From: Balamuthia mandrillaris
Lineage: Eukaryota
Direction: 5' to 3'
Assembly (NCBI GenBank): GCA_031835245.2
Contig: JAVKOQ020000018.1
Span: 248,001 to 312,000 of the forward strand
DNA: 64,000 nucleotides
Positions 36,034 through 55,729 of this stretch are shown one piece after another (positions within the stretch are counted from its first letter, which is position 1; every line of letters starts with the position of its first letter). Under the pieces are notes generated by a model. It was not told the origin of the DNA and made no database searches. It worked only from the letters and a program-made list of their open reading frames with translations. Both the position numbers and the translations under genes were made by a program.

Positions 36034-37341
36034 ATGGAGGTTCTTCTCGCACAGCGACTGCACCGGCTGGCAGTCTTCCCACTGTGGGTTCCGCTTATTC
36101 TTCTTCTTCTTCTCCTCCTCGAGCCAATCCTTTCTACCTCGGCTTTCCCTCCCATCGTCACGGATGACTCCCCTTTCGAGACCTGGCAGCCTCACGTAAA
36201 CAAGGTGGCAGAGGAAGCGCTCCTCTCCATCAACGCCCAACTCAGGGCGGAGTCCATGGGCCAGCAGCAAGAAACCGCGACCTCCCTCACGCAAGCCAGG
36301 CAGCTGCTCCGCCCACGCTCCCCCGTGGAGCTGGCCCTGGTCGAAATGGAGGGCGTTCGCCTGGCTGACACCCTCCTCTTCACTGCTACCGCCGAGGTGG
36401 AGCACCCCGCCATGATGGCGCTGATGCCTGGACATCGCCGCACCAGCCTAGATCTGGCCTACCTTCAACCTCCCGAGGTTTGGAACTTCCTCTGGAGGCT
36501 GCACTCCCCCTCTGCTGGCTCTGGGGCGCTGATCCCTCTGCCACACCCTGACGCCCAGCCAGCTTTCCCGGTGGTGGAGGTGGAGGGTCCTTTGGAGTTT
36601 TGGTTCTCGGAGAAGGTGAACCAGGCAGAGTTTTGGTTGCCAAACCGGGCGGAGGTGGAGCCCTTTCAGCGTTTGACGGTGCATGCTGGTGTGCGGGTGC
36701 AGCTCTCTGGGCTAAAGCAGCTACGCCTGCGCAACGACGTTTACCTGGATGAGGACGGAGAGATGGACAAGGAGGAAAATGATGAGATGCCCCAGCTGGA
36801 GGCTCACCCGCTGTCCCCTTCTTCCCTGCGAGTCATCACCTCCGAGCCAGGAATGAGGTTCAAGGCCAAGATGACGAAACGCCATACTGTCGAACTTTCC
36901 TCTTCACTGCCCTCCTCTTCTTCCTCTTCTTCTTCATCCCATTCTCTGATGAAAACGGAAGGTACAGTCGGTAGCCATGGAGAAGACGGTCTGCTGCTCT
37001 CCGCTGACAACTTGGTGAAAGCAGTTCGCTTTGCTGTGTCTTCTGCCTCGGGCGTGGATGGCGGTCTCCAGGCAAGGAGGATCGTGGCGGGAAAGATCGA
37101 GGCGGTGAGGGTGCTGCTCGTTCCTATGCAGGTGAGAGAGAGCGAGACGGGGGCAATCAGTCGGTGGGAGGCTGTAATGGTCACTGATGCCAAGGACAAA
37201 ACAATGCCACTCTCGTTGCAGCAGCTCATTACCTCGCAGGACCTGAACATGGTGTCCGTGGACGAGTATTCGCACTTGATGAACGCAACGTCGCCCATCC
37301 CTTCTCTCATGATCAACCTTTCCAACAGAGGAGCGGAGTAA
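36034..37341 (+). CDS. Signal-peptide protein, tentatively TIN1 (tunicamycin-induced 1)-like (intronless)
   Basis: Hydrophobic leader LILLLLLLLEPILSTSA; core VEGPLEFW...LPN...RLTVHAGVRVQLSGLKQLRLR...TVELSS resembles my recollection of plant TIN1. Confidence 0.55.
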   Translation: MEVLLAQRLHRLAVFPLWVPLILLLLLLLEPILSTSAFPPIVTDDSPFETWQPHVNKVAEEALLSINAQLRAESMGQQQETATSLTQARQLLRPRSPVELALVEMEGVRLADTLLFTATAEVEHPAMMALMPGHRRTSLDLAYLQPPEVWNFLWRLHSPSAGSGALIPLPHPDAQPAFPVVEVEGPLEFWFSEKVNQAEFWLPNRAEVEPFQRLTVHAGVRVQLSGLKQLRLRNDVYLDEDGEMDKEENDEMPQLEAHPLSPSSLRVITSEPGMRFKAKMTKRHTVELSSSLPSSSSSSSSSHSLMKTEGTVGSHGEDGLLLSADNLVKAVRFAVSSASGVDGGLQARRIVAGKIEAVRVLLVPMQVRESETGAISRWEAVMVTDAKDKTMPLSLQQLITSQDLNMVSVDEYSHLMNATSPIPSLMINLSNRGAE

Positions 37342-37660
37342 GAAAGACTGGGTACTCCCGTTTGTTTGTAAGATTGTTTGTATATCTAAAAGTTTAGACA
37401 CGTCTCCACTCAACCCTCTGCATGTTGTGATGAGGAAGGGAAAGAAGAAGGTGAAGAAGAATAACAAGACGAAGCAGCAGAAGAAGAGAAAGAGGAAGAA
37501 GAAGAAGAAGCAGAAGAAGCAGAAGAAGAAGAAGAAGAAGAAGAGGAAGTAGAAAATGAGGACAAGGGAGGTCGACAAAAAACCCGTCGATCAAGACGAC
37601 ATGAAGCAATATTATCTGCCCAACAAAAAAAAAGGGAAGAGAAAAGGGTAGAGGCGAGGC

Positions 37661-38380
37661 ATGCAAGCAGCAGCACGAAAGATAGGCAGGATCAAACCAG
37701 AGAACAGCGTCTTCTTTCTTTGCGATGTGCAAGAAAGATTTCGTGACTTGATCAGCCACATGCCTTCCGTTGTGCATGTCTCTGATTTGATGGTTCGCTG
37801 TTGTTCGTGTTCACTTCCAATGAAAATCAATTTATTTATTTTTTTTGGAATCAAAAGATGAAGACTTACTAATGGCGTTTATGTTTAGGTCAAGGCTGCT
37901 CCTGTATTTAAGATCCCTGTCGTAGTGACCGAACAATATCCAAAAGCGTTTGGAAGGATTGGTAAAGCTCGCTTTCTCTCTTTCTCTCTGGCCATCGTCC
38001 GTCATCCAACAACAAAATAAATAGTTCCAGAGATTGATCTCAGCGGAGAGGAGGTGCACAAGTTTGAGAAGACTCGCTTCTCCATGCTTACCGAGGATGT
38101 CACCGCCTTCTTGAGCCAACACCCACAACGCACCTCTGTCGTTCTCTTTGGCATTGAGGTTACATCTCTCTTTCTACCTTTAACTATCGCTCTCTGCTTC
38201 TGCCCTTCTCTTTCAGTTGCTCTTCTAACTTGCATACCATACCAAAAGGCGCATGTTTGCGTGCTTCAAACGGCGTTGGACCTTCTGGAGCGCAACTACG
38301 ACGTACACATACTGGCCGACGGCACCTCCTCCCAACGCCCCAGCGACCGTGTTATGGGCTTTGAGGTTTATTTTCTGCTT

Positions 38381-38421
<41 letters not shown>

Positions 38422-38602
38422 TCTGTTTTCTCATAAGAGCGATTTCTTTTGTTTGCAGCGGATGAAACAAAGCGGAGCGTACTTGACGACGAGTGATAGC
38501 ATGTTGTTCCAACTGATGGGCGATGCCAAGTACTCCAACTTCAAAGCCATCTCCAACTTGATTCGTGGCGATCGTCCTGACGCGGGCATCAGCCGTTTGT
38601 AA
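37661..38602 (+). CDS. Isochorismatase-domain protein (ISOC1/ISOC2/YcaC-related; multi-exon)
   Basis: FFLCDVQERFR, VVTEQYPKAFG, KTRFSM, LFGIE-AHVCVLQTALDLL, DGTSSQR. Confidence 0.93.
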
Positions 38603-38659
38603 GGAAAACAAAGTATTTCTTTTTATTGTTTAACTCCTGCTTCATTTCTTTCTCTTTCT

Positions 38660-40226
38660 TTACTGGGAAGAGGAAGATCCAGAAGACAAAGAAGGCAAAA
38701 GAACCACGTTGCCGCGAGCGCCAGAAGAATGGATGATCTCATGGTGAGCGATGGCAGCATCGGCTAACGCCAGCTCCTTTCCAACGACCGGGCGAAGGGT
38801 GCCATTCTCGAAGCCAGCTCTCAATCCTGCGTGAACCTCTTTGAGCTCGGAGAGAGGAGCTCTGCCCAGCATAACGCCCTGCACGCTGCACTCCGTGGCC
38901 ATCAGGTCTCTGGGCGAGATCTCGACGTTGCCTCTGCTGCCTACAACGACAACTCTTCCGTATTTACCTATCGTTTCGCATGCTCAGTTGAGAGAAAACG
39001 CAAACGAGGAAGCAAACAGCAAGAGGAGAACATACCCATAATCTTGAGGTCGTTGGCAAGGTTAACGTTGGCAAGCATCTCAAGCAGAACGTCCACTCCT
39101 TCTCCACCGCCGGCTCCCGATTTCTTTGCCAACTCCTTGACTTGGGTCAAGTATCCCTCATCTCTGTGGTTGAAGACGTGGTGGGCTCCTTCCTTTAGGA
39201 CCAGCTCACGACCCTGAAGCAAACAAAAGAGAGAAGAGAATGAATGAGCAATACGCAAGGAGCAGAAGAAGGAATGAGCAGAGGAATTAAAACAAAAAAC
39301 CTCAGGCGTGCTAGCGGTGCCAACTACAGTCATGCCATGAGAACGTGCCAACTGAACAGAGGCCAAGCCAACGCCACCGCTGGCGCCGTGCACGAACACA
39401 AACTCTCCGGGCTTGGTCTTGGCCAGTTGGAAGAGGCAGCGATAGGCGGTGGCGAAGGGAACGTTGATGCAGGCTCCCTGCGAGAACGTAAGGTTGTCCG
39501 GCAAGCGGTACACTTGTTCTTCCTGTTTCACTGTGTTAAACGATCGTAGAAAGAGAAGAGGAAGGAAGAAAGATGGAGAGAGAAAGAAGAACAAGGGAAA
39601 GAAAGAGAAAAAGTGAGTAAAAACCTTGGCCAAAGCGTATTCAGCATAGGTTCCAGATTGGCTTCCAGTGAGGTAAACTCTATCTCCTATCTGATAACAT
39701 CAGAAAACGAACACCAAAAAAAAAGTCTAGGAAGAGAGAGTTACCTGGAAAGAGGTGACGTCTTGAGCTGCATCCACAATGACACCAGCTCCATCCGTGC
39801 CAGGAGTGTAGGGCAGTCGACCTCCGAAAAGACCGCTGCGTATGTACGTCTCCAGAGGGTTCACTCCCACCGCTTCCATTTTTACGAGAACCTATGTGTT
39901 GGCGCTGTTAGTTAGGGTTGTCGTACCCCCGTCAGCATGCCTGCATCGGGTACCTGTTTCGAAGCAGAGATTTTGGGGCGGTCGACTTGCTTGAGCTGCA
40001 GAACGGAGGGATCTCCAAACTGTTCCACAACGATTGCATTCATCTTGTCCTGTTCCATCTTCCTACTCGTTACTGAAGAAGTGTACCAAACGATCTTTCC
40101 TGTGTTGTTACAGAGGGGAGAGAGCGCTGTGTGTCGAAATGATCTTCTGCCAGTCCTCACCGCCAAAAAAACTTCACGCCGAAAGCCAAAAGTGGAGGAA
40201 GAAGAACGCAGAGCTAATACGCTCAT
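38660..40226 (-). CDS. CRYZ: NADPH:quinone oxidoreductase, zeta-crystallin-like (multi-exon)
   Basis: FGDPSVLQL, GVNPLETYIRSG, PYTPGTDGAG, VPFATAYRCLF, VHGASGGVG, EMLANVNL, AHHEII...GARG. Confidence 0.9.
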
Positions 40227-40391
40227 AAGATGTGGTGTATACAATTTGTTTTGCAAAGATTACATGAAGTGAGCCAGGCCAGGTGCTTGGCGTTAAATAG
40301 TAAAAGTTGTTTGCTGAGGAGGCACTTCGGGCATTTCTACTGTAGGCGTAAGGTATGCTGTCGTCATTAAACGGGGAATTATTTTTAAGCA

Positions 40392-41027
40392 TCACGGAAG
40401 TGTCGCTTCCTCTTTCAACGCCTTCAGTATATCCGCAAAGGTTGGTCTGATCATGACGACGCCGCGTTGGTGTCAGTGACGATGTTTCAAAGCTCTCACA
40501 AGAGAAACGAGAGATGAGAGAGAGAGAACCTTTCTTCTGGAGAGAAAGCCCAACAGGATAGCATGACTTCGCGCAATACCGGCGGCGCGTTCTCAGCTGG
40601 TTCCAAGACCTCGCGTTGCTGGCAAACTCTCATGGCAGCATTGACAGCAGTCAAGCCCTCAAAAGGAATGGCTCCGAACGAAGCGATCTCCCACAAACAC
40701 ACCCCAAAGCTGAAATAAATGAGCACAAAAGACTAAAAGAAAATTGAAAATGAAAGCAGCTGTCTCAAAGCAAACCTCCAAACATCAGACTTTTCAGAAT
40801 AAAGGTGATCTTCAATTGCTTCTGGGGCCATCCTGTAAAGAATTTTAGCATTCTTCATAGAAAAAAGGCCAGTTTTTCTTAAAAAAATAAAAAATAACAA
40901 GCAAACCATTTCAGAGGGCCAACTTCGTTGGTAGTTTTTTGAGCACCGCCTTTGGTATCTAGTTTTCTTGACATTCCAAAGTCTGTTTTTTGAGTTTAAT
41001 CAGAATAAAATGGGAGAACTGGATCGT

Positions 41028-41069
<42 letters not shown>

Positions 41070-44000
41070 AGAGAGAGAGAGAGAGGCAAGGAATTGGTTA
41101 AAAGGCTAACCAGCAACTTTGAGTCGTAAAGCATTCGTGAGAAGGAGATTTCTGGTGGCCAAGTCTCGATGAGTGATTCCTTCTGAATGCAGATGACGCA
41201 TTCCACCTGTTTATTATTTATGTTTGTTGCAATTTTGTTGGAGTTTTAGTAACCAAACGATAACGAAGGACAGATAGAGAGAAACCAAACTAGCAATATC
41301 AATAGCCCATTTCAACATAGTGTCGGCATCAATGTCATCTTTGTGCTGCAGCAAGTAGGTGTTGAGGTCACCTCTGTCCATGAATTCTGTCACAATGCAA
41401 AGAGGTTTATTCACAACTCCCAAAAGCCGAATGACGTTTCCATGTGGACGAAGTCCTCTGTTGTGAAAGATACGTGAGAAAGGGAAAAATATAGAAAGAG
41501 GAGGGGAGAACACGAAACTTGAGAGTTTGTGCTTCTGTTTGAAAGTCTTGAAGCTGCTCTTCTTCTATGGTGTGAAGCTTCTTGATGGCCACTTCTGAGT
41601 TTCGCCACATTCCCTTCCACACTTCTCCGAATGCTCTGTTATGTTCAACTGTGAGCAAATAAACTTCAACAGTTCAAAGCTTGGAGTGGAATACCCTTCT
41701 CCGATCTTTTCGACAAATGTCAACTCCGTATATGCTATATTCCAGATATCTCCACTTTCCATTTGTTCCTCAGACTCTTCATGTCGCTCTGAATGCATTC
41801 CTCCTTCGATGGCTCCATATTGAGAATCAACTTCCATCTCGTTTTCTATTCGTGTCTTTCTGCGTCTCCACCAAACTCCAAATCCAACTCCCACAATCAC
41901 GGCTAGTAGTAGAACAACGCCTACACTTACAACTGGCGCTATAATTGTTGTTTGGTCATTGCTGTCTTCTTTGTTTGGTTCGGTGTTTGAGCTGTCTTCT
42001 GAGTTTATCAAAGAGAGCGAGAAAGAGCTACTGCTACTGTTGACGAGCGCATTCATCGCATTTGCTAAATGAAGAGTGATTGTGGGGTCTTGCTGTTTTC
42101 TACTTTTCATTCCTTCTGACTCTTTTAGCAAAAGAGAGGGAAAAAGTCAACTAAGGTATGAATAAAATGACGTTTAAGCGAACAAAATAAGGAGAGATAG
42201 TTTAATAAAACAGGGCGTGAAAGGAGAGAACCTTCCACAGGTAGGACCACAGACACTTGTACAACGGTGGAAGTCTGGCCAACCTCAAAGTTCAGTGGAG
42301 AAGGGGACAACAAGACCACATCTTCATCTGAGATGTTGTCACTGGTCTCCACCTGGAAATCCACTTGGATGGCGAACCTCGGTCTTGCTGACAGCTCCAC
42401 TTGAAATGTTGCCAGCAAGGTTCGAGTTTGCGAGTCCTCGCCTTCTTCTTCTTCTTCTTCGTCTTCTTCTTCAGAGAAAGACGCTGAAGTTACTGTAATT
42501 CTAATGGCATCCATCAATAGTACTTTTATTACTCCAACTGCAACAAAGGTTAACAAATTAGCAACAGAAGTGAGAACTAGACAAGGAGAAAAGAATGTGG
42601 AAGAAGAAAGAAGCAGAAGAAAGACTGGTAGCAGATAAGGGAAACTTACTGTCATCCACTCCGTTGCTTAAAACAACATCAGGCAAGGAATCTTCATTCG
42701 CATCAACTATCGCAAGTCCTGATCCATCAAATTGCACGCCAGTACCGTAGTACATATTGCCCGTAAGGTTACCCTTGTCATCCAAAAACAGCATCCACAT
42801 ATCTCCTGCGTTTCACCAAACACCTTGTTCAGTTAAAGAAATGATAGTAACGGAATTTGGGAAGAAGACCTATTCGAGCGTCAGCAAGAACAATATCTGG
42901 ATGGTGATCGTTGTTATAGTCAGCCGAAGAATACCTCTCTGCTTCTGTTAGAGCGGCCTCATTTCCTGCGCTCTTTATTGTTGCTTGTTGCCAAAGGAAA
43001 TCACTTGCTCCTGGTGGCGTGTAGACGTCCTCGGGAGTGAAAAATCGATAGTCTTTCACATTACCTTCCGGTGTCAGGAATAGGATGAACACTACAGCGA
43101 GGTTCTCTTCATCCGTGAATGCAGTTGTTGCCAGATCAGGAGTGTTATCCCCATCCAAGTCTCCAATTCCTGTTCATTCGAAAGAAAGGCCAACACAGAA
43201 AAACTGTAAGAATGCAACAAGCGAAACAAAAAACAACTCACCACTCAGCGATTGACCAAACACGCTAAAAGTAAAACCTAATTCAGAGGCAGAAGCAAAA
43301 GCTGTGATATTTTCATCGGGAATAAGGGTTATAGTGCTAACGTTCGCCACATCCAGCATCTCATCAAAGAATAGAATGTGAATAGTAGAGGCTGTCCTAT
43401 ACTCTCTGTGTTCGGCACTGACTGCAATGTCTCCAACTCCGTTTTTATCAATGTCTCCAACAAACCTTTTAAAGTGAGAAGAAGGAAAAGTCCGTTTCTG
43501 AGAAAAAGAAGGAGAACACGGACAAGAAGAAGCAGAACACGAACAAGGAAGAGAAACTAAAATAAACGTACGTAACACTCAGTCCAAACGAAAAGGCTCC
43601 AAAACTTGGTGCATTGACGTCATACCTCTGTCGAAAAACAGGAAAATGGGACAAGGGAGGTTGATCGATAGCAAAAGTCTTCAAGCTGGACGTGTTGATA
43701 ACACCCTCCCTTATGTGACTTCCTATATGCACTCGCTTCCTGAAAGAGGATGTTTCAGCTTTTAAATATAGCTTAGTAAAAGAAACAAACTATAAAGGAG
43801 AAGAGAGAAAAATAAACTTACACCAGACGTCTTCTCCGGTAAATCCTATTTCCAATCGTTCGTCTCCGTTTAAGTCCGTCAAAGGAGCAACGACAGGGCC
43901 AAGGAAGGGCGTGTTCTCGTCGCGATAGCTCCCCGAGTCACCGGTGGTTCCGTTGGCGTAAAAGACAACATCATATAACTCCGTGCTTGCCTCTACTCCC

Positions 44001-44182
44001 AGCCGGAAGCCCGAAGCGGGAGGGTCGAAGTCCAACGAACAAATAGACGCTCCTACAGGGATGGTGGGCAGCAGTCGCAGCTCTTCTTTCACCAAATAGT
44101 TCCCCCATTGGATGCTTTGCGCCTCAGCAGGCCTATAACAACCCACCGCTACGAGAGCAAACAACAACAGAGTCCGCTGCAT
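40392..44182 (-). CDS. FG-GAP / Calx-beta-like / TM receptor tyrosine-kinase-like protein A (multi-exon)
   Basis: Signal peptide; DLNGDERLE, GDIDKNGVGD, GDLDGDNTPD, DYNNDHHPD; TM IIAPVV...GFGVW; kinase IGEG-AFGEV, VAIK, HRDLATRN, DFG, GPLKWMAPE, SDVW, RPTF. Confidence 0.85.
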
Positions 44183-44323
44183 CACTTATCGGTGGTGCAG
44201 CGCTTTTTTGTGAAGCGCAGACAAACGGATCTTCTTTTGGTGTTTGTTATATTGACGCAATTTTACATTGTTATATTAATTGTGGCTATATTACAGGTAC
44301 AAATGCTGCGAAAAAAGTTCACA

Positions 44324-50277
<5,954 letters not shown>

Positions 50278-50661
50278 TTCCTTTCTCTCTTTGTTATATT
50301 CACCACCTTTCTTACTGCGTAACTTTTGTTTTACAGTTTTTGTTTACGAAAACCACCAGACGACAACCAGAACAGGTGTTCGCATCATCACCAATACTCC
50401 TTATTAATATATAGTGTGATTAACGGATAGTTTTAGTAGGTGACCAATGGGGTGGGGGATTGATGCATTATGGTTGAATTAAACTGTTCCTTACTTGCGT
50501 ATAATTCCTAGGCGAATACCTTTCCTGCGTGCAGGAGTTCGTAGGCACAACTCTCGTTTGCGCAAGGGCTGAGTTTTATTTCACTTATTTTTTTAAAAGG
50601 TTTACAAGCCCACCGCCACACCACCAACGGCCTTTTTTTATCCCTCTGTATTGAATCCTAT

Positions 50662-53600
50662 ATGTATTGTACGTTACTTTGTAGGCGTGTGGGCCTATTC
50701 CTCTTCATTGGCAGCCTGTTTGCCGTCACAAGTAAGCTTTAACAACTCCGAACCGCATTTAACATACTAACATACTAATATTTATTTCTTTCTTTTCCTC
50801 TTCTCTAAAGTCGAAGGACAACCAGCAGTGAGCTGGGGCCTGAACTATGCCATCGGAGAGGTGCGCAGCATTGGACCCGGAAGGAGCGGGATGCCTGCGG
50901 ACGAGTACCTTTTCGACTTTCCCGCCTCTGTGAGTTATCTTGGAAAAGTGGACGGCGACCTTCATGCCATTATAGGCGGTGCTCCTTCTTTTGGTGCTCC
51001 TTCCCCTCTTCTCTTTTGTTTCTGTATTTACTTTTGCCATCTTACTTTTTCTTCATTGTGTCTTTATTACTCCTGTTAATTGCAACCAATAATGGAACAG
51101 GAGAGGACTATTATTATGACGGAGCTTTCGTGATGGTGTACCTCAACGACACAATCAGAGTGGAGAAATATGAGCTTGTGGAGTCGCCAAAGGAAGAATA
51201 TAGATATTTATATGGCACTGTTGCGGTCCCATTGACTGACATCAACTCGGATAACAAACTGGACGTTGCTATTGTGGCCGAAGCTGCATTAGGCAGCACT
51301 TTCGGTTCGTTCCCTTGTTGTTGCTTCCTTCTTTCTTAAGGACTTCTTTTTCTATGTCGTCTTCTTCTACTCCTTCTCCCCCTCCTTATTCTTGGTTAAG
51401 CTAGTATAACGCTTCTGACATTGTGTTTCCTTTAAAAGCATACATATACTCGATGGAATCGGATGGAACTATAGAAACGGAACCCAGACTGATCTTGTCA
51501 CCAACGGAAGAGCCGTTGAGTCTCTTCCCTCCGTTCTCTGAAGACTACTGGGAGTGGGTCTATGACGGAGTTGATGTCCCTGCTGATTTGGCGTGTGTTT
51601 CTCTCTTTTCTCTCTTCCTTCTCCTTCAACTTCATGACCTAACATTTTATTTTCTCCGTTGTGTTCTGAAAGCTATCTTGGAGACTTGGATGGTGATGGG
51701 GTAGGCGACATCGTGTTGAGTTGTCCCTACAGAAGCAACAACTACCAAGGCGAAGTCTACGTGCTCTACATGAATGACGATCTCACCATCAAAGATGTGA
51801 AGACCATCTCCTCCTGTTCAAACTGCAGTGAATCAGGCGGCTATGATGGTTATGGCTATGGTTCCTATAGTTGGGGTTACGCATATGGAAGAGAAGTCGA
51901 CGTGGAAGACGTGATTCCTCCGTGGTCCTATAACTTTGGAAACAGCATTACAGGTATTTCTGTCTGTTCACATTTATTTGTTTTTTTTTTTTTTTTTTAT
52001 GGAGCCGCTTACTTTAAAACAGGCTTAGGGGATTTTGATGGTGATAACATCCCTGATCTGGTAGTAGGAATGAACGGAGCCGACTCCTTCAAGGGAGCCG
52101 TCTACATCCTGTTGCTTAACCGAAACGCAACAGTGAAGGCCCTGCACGAGATCTCCGTCAACGAACCAAACTCTTTGTTTAACTTGTCACACACGGACAT
52201 GCTTGGCAACGTCGTTCGTAATCTTGGGAATGAAGGAGCATTGACCGAAGCAGAACGTTTCGGCCCATCGATGGACTTTAACCATGACAATGTCCCCGAC
52301 CTTGTCGTGACATCGGGGTACTCTGAGCGTATGTTTTTCGTTTTTCCATGTTGCTTCTTCGTTCGAAATCATTTTAAATCCTTTGCGTTTCGATAGAGAA
52401 CCTTTGGGTCTTGTTCTTGGACACAAATGGAAGGGCGAAGGGTTTGTTGGACCTATCGAGGTTCGATCTTGGCCTTGACTATGGCAAGAGCTTTGCTCCA
52501 GCTGGTGACTTAAATGGGGATGAGATTCCAGATTTCTTGGTCGGTAATCCTAGATCAGGTACCTGCTACTTCCTTCTTCTTGACCTCTTCCTCTTTCTTC
52601 CCCTTCTCATAAATACCAACAACAGCTGATTTTGGACGTGGGACAATCGACATTTTGTTGATGAGCTCTATCACCGTGAACGTTTCTTCTACCTCATTGA
52701 ACTTGCCCGAAGGACAGAAGCGTCAAAGCACTGCTTCTGCAACCTTTGTGATCCAGGTCTCTTCGCAACCTTTGGAAGATATCCTTGTACCATTCTCAAT
52801 AGAGTCGACCTCTGGTATTGACAGCAACGACATAACCATCTCCGTTGCGAGCCCAATATTGTTCACCGAAAACGTCACTTCGGTAGAAGTTGAAGTAACA
52901 TTTTTGTATCCTGGTACTGCTGTCTCTTCTTATGCATTCCTTTCTTCTTTTTCTTTGCCTTCAGTCTAACTTTTGTGTTTACAATAACAGAAAATTCTGT
53001 TCAAGAAGAAGGTTTACGTTTGGTTCTCCAGCAACCGAATGGTGCTTTTCTTCAACAAGGACATGGCGTTAACTTCCTTGTCGTCGTGGAAGCTCCTTCC
53101 GACAGTCAAAATGAGGCACAAAAAGGTGACTCTGAAGACGAAGTAGGAGCAGAGGTCATCGCTCCTGTGGTAGTTGTTTGTGTATTGCTTTTGCTTCTCG
53201 TTGTTGCTATTGTAGTAGCAATCCTCTTTGTGAGGAGGTCTCGTCGTTCTCGTAAAGACTTGGAAGACGACATGCACACCTTGGAGGCGGGAGAGTCGCA
53301 ATATCAAGCTCCTCACACCGCGAACAGAGAGAAAAGAAAGGCTAAGAAGAAAGCGGGAAAGAAAGGAGACCAGATGCAAAACTGGTTCATCGACAGAGAT
53401 GAATTGGAGTTTATCAAAGAGATTGGCCAAGGGTACATATATTCCCTTTATTATGTTTCATCTCTCTTAACCATCAATCTGCTATACACCATTTCCTATA
53501 GTGCCTTTGGAGTTGTATGGAAAGGATTGTGGAGAGAGACTGAAGTGGCCATCAAGAAACTACACACCATGGACGATGAGCAGCTTTCTAGTTTTCAGCA

Positions 53601-54575
53601 TGAAGCACAATTGATGAGGTTCCATTTTCTAGCTCTTCTCTCCTTCAAGATGCAAAGCTAACTTTACGTTATGAATACAGAACGCTGAGACCTCACCCGA
53701 ATGTGGTGCAGCTGATGGGATTAGTGGAAGAAGATGGCTTGCCAGAATGCATCGTGACGGAGTTCCTTACCAATGGAGACCTATTGTCTTTCCTTCGCAA
53801 GAAAGACGACTTGTCTGGAGAGAGCATGATCGCTATGGCCTTTGATGTTGCTGGTACGTTATAATTCTTTAAAAACATGACAGTAGAGAGTCTCATTCTT
53901 ATCGCTTGTCTGCAGCTGGAATGGCACATTTGCATGCCGAAGGAATCACCCACAGAGACTTAGCTGCTAGAAACTTGTTGATGACTGAGGATTTGAAGAT
54001 CAAAGTTTCAGGTACAAAACAGTTTTTTCTGTCTTCCGTTAGAGCAACAAACCGATCGCCTAAACTGCTTAAAATAGATTTTGGCTTATCAAGGAAGCTA
54101 AAGCTGGCTGGAGCTGAGCAGAAGACCAAGCAGGAAGTGGGACCATTGAAATGGATGGCACCAGAAGCCATTCAAGAAAGCATCTATTCTGAAAAGTCTG
54201 ATGTTTGGAGGTACTTGAATTTTCGTTTGACCTGATAAGAGAAGGAGGACTAAGCGTATTTCTGGTCAACAATACAGTTATGGAGTGTGCTTGTGGGAGA
54301 TCGTAACATTAGGACAAGAACCTTTTGGAGAGACTCACGTCATGAAAGCCGCCGTCAAAGTCTGCAAAGAAGGATGTTCGTGTTTCCTTTCCTCTTTGTT
54401 CTTGTGCTTCTCCAATTACTAACTTGAATGGTGGAAAACAGGCAAGGCGCTAAAAATCCCTAAAGGCACGCCCGAGATCCTAAAGGATATCATGCTGGCT
54501 TGCTGGAAGATGGACCCAAAGGATCGACCGACCTTTGACGAAATAACCAAACAATTACAGTCCGCCTCCGCATAA
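50662..54575 (+). CDS. FG-GAP / Calx-beta-like / TM receptor tyrosine-kinase-like protein C (multi-exon)
   Basis: Signal MYCTLLCRRVGLFLFIGSLFAVT; IIGGAP, DINSDNKLD, GDLDGDGVGD, FGNSITGLGDFDGDNIPDLVVG, YGKSFAPAGDLNGDEIPDFLVG; TM; HRDLAARN, DFG, GPLKWMAPE, RPTF. Confidence 0.88.
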
Positions 54576-55039
54576 CTTGACTTGCTTTAGATCTTAACCG
54601 CTGAGTTGTACTACTATATAGCTTTCTTTTCCAGCATCAGTTCTACAAATAAACAACGCTTTTTACTCTTGTTACACATACTCAAATGGTGCGATTTGCC
54701 ATTTCGATCATAAGAATTTTAATTCTTTAAAGGCCAACATTCTTTAAGAGTTAAGAATGTTGGCCTGGTGTCGATGTTAGCTGAGCGAAGATAAAGGACA
54801 AGAAAGAAATGGAGAAAATGCCACAACAAGACGAAACAAAGAACTGGTGGCAGCCTAAATCCTTCATTTTTGTCGATATTCGAATTTTCTTACGAATTTC
54901 GATCCGATGGAAACAGGGAATTATCGAAATTCCGTTCTGCTCTTGTCCACAAAAAAGAGCAGCAAGAGAGGAAGCGCCTTCGTGCTCACAAACCTTGGTT
55001 GGTTTTGTTGCTAGAAGGAAGGAAGGCCCACAAACGGGG

Positions 55040-55729
55040 ATGGAAGCTCCTGGTGGTAACGCTGCTGACTCCAACGTGGTTAGCGCTCCGTTCGCCATCA
55101 TAGTGCCAGGACGACCCGTGCAAAACACCTTTGCCCAGCGAGACGCTGACAAATGGACCTGCGACCTGCCGCAAGCCAACGCCGTGAGCAGCCTCACCGT
55201 CTTCCTGACGCAGCCCATTCAGGACGGCAACTACGGTCTGGCGGTGTACATCAGCCCCCCGCCCTATGCGGAGGGCATTTATCTAGGGGCCGTCACCAAC
55301 CAGAGCCCTTCCAACACGTTGCGGCTGAGGTGGCCTCCTCCTTTGTCCACGCAAGCCTTTGATGCCAAGTTGGGTACGATGCGTGCTCCTGATGTTTTCA
55401 TGGCCGAAAACAAGTTTGGCGCTGAACGTTCGGTTTAACTGTTGTGCTTTTGTTGTTTTATTTTGTTGTTGGCAGGTATGACACTGGAGCCCGTGGCGGA
55501 GCTGGTGAAGAAACGGAGTCCAATTCCAGTGGAGGCGGAGGAGTACCAGATATTTGCCAAGTTTGTGGCGGCTGACCTCTTCCGGTTCATGGAGAGCTTC
55601 AACAAACACACCGACGAGAAGAACGAGTTTCTGCTGATACCAACCAAGGTCCTGGACATGTGGTTCGAGAAATTCATGAACCGTATGAAGCTGGACCCTT
55701 TCTTTTGGTACAAGCACCGAGAGGTTTGA
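55040..55729 (+). CDS. HIKESHI: Hikeshi/OPI10 (DUF775) Hsp70 nuclear import carrier (2 exons)
   Basis: FAIIVPGRPV, LTVFL, YLGAVTNQSPS, LGMTLEP, FAKFVAADLFRFMESF, IPTKVLDMWFEKFMNRMKLDPFFW. Confidence 0.9.

Noticed and set aside
37394..37580. Purine-rich E/K-coding-looking stretch and its antisense ORFs
   Set aside because: Low-complexity intergenic/UTR sequence with no start or domain evidence.
50505..50570. Possible structured RNA between divergent kinases B and C
   Set aside because: Only short imperfect stems and no tRNA or snRNA hallmarks.
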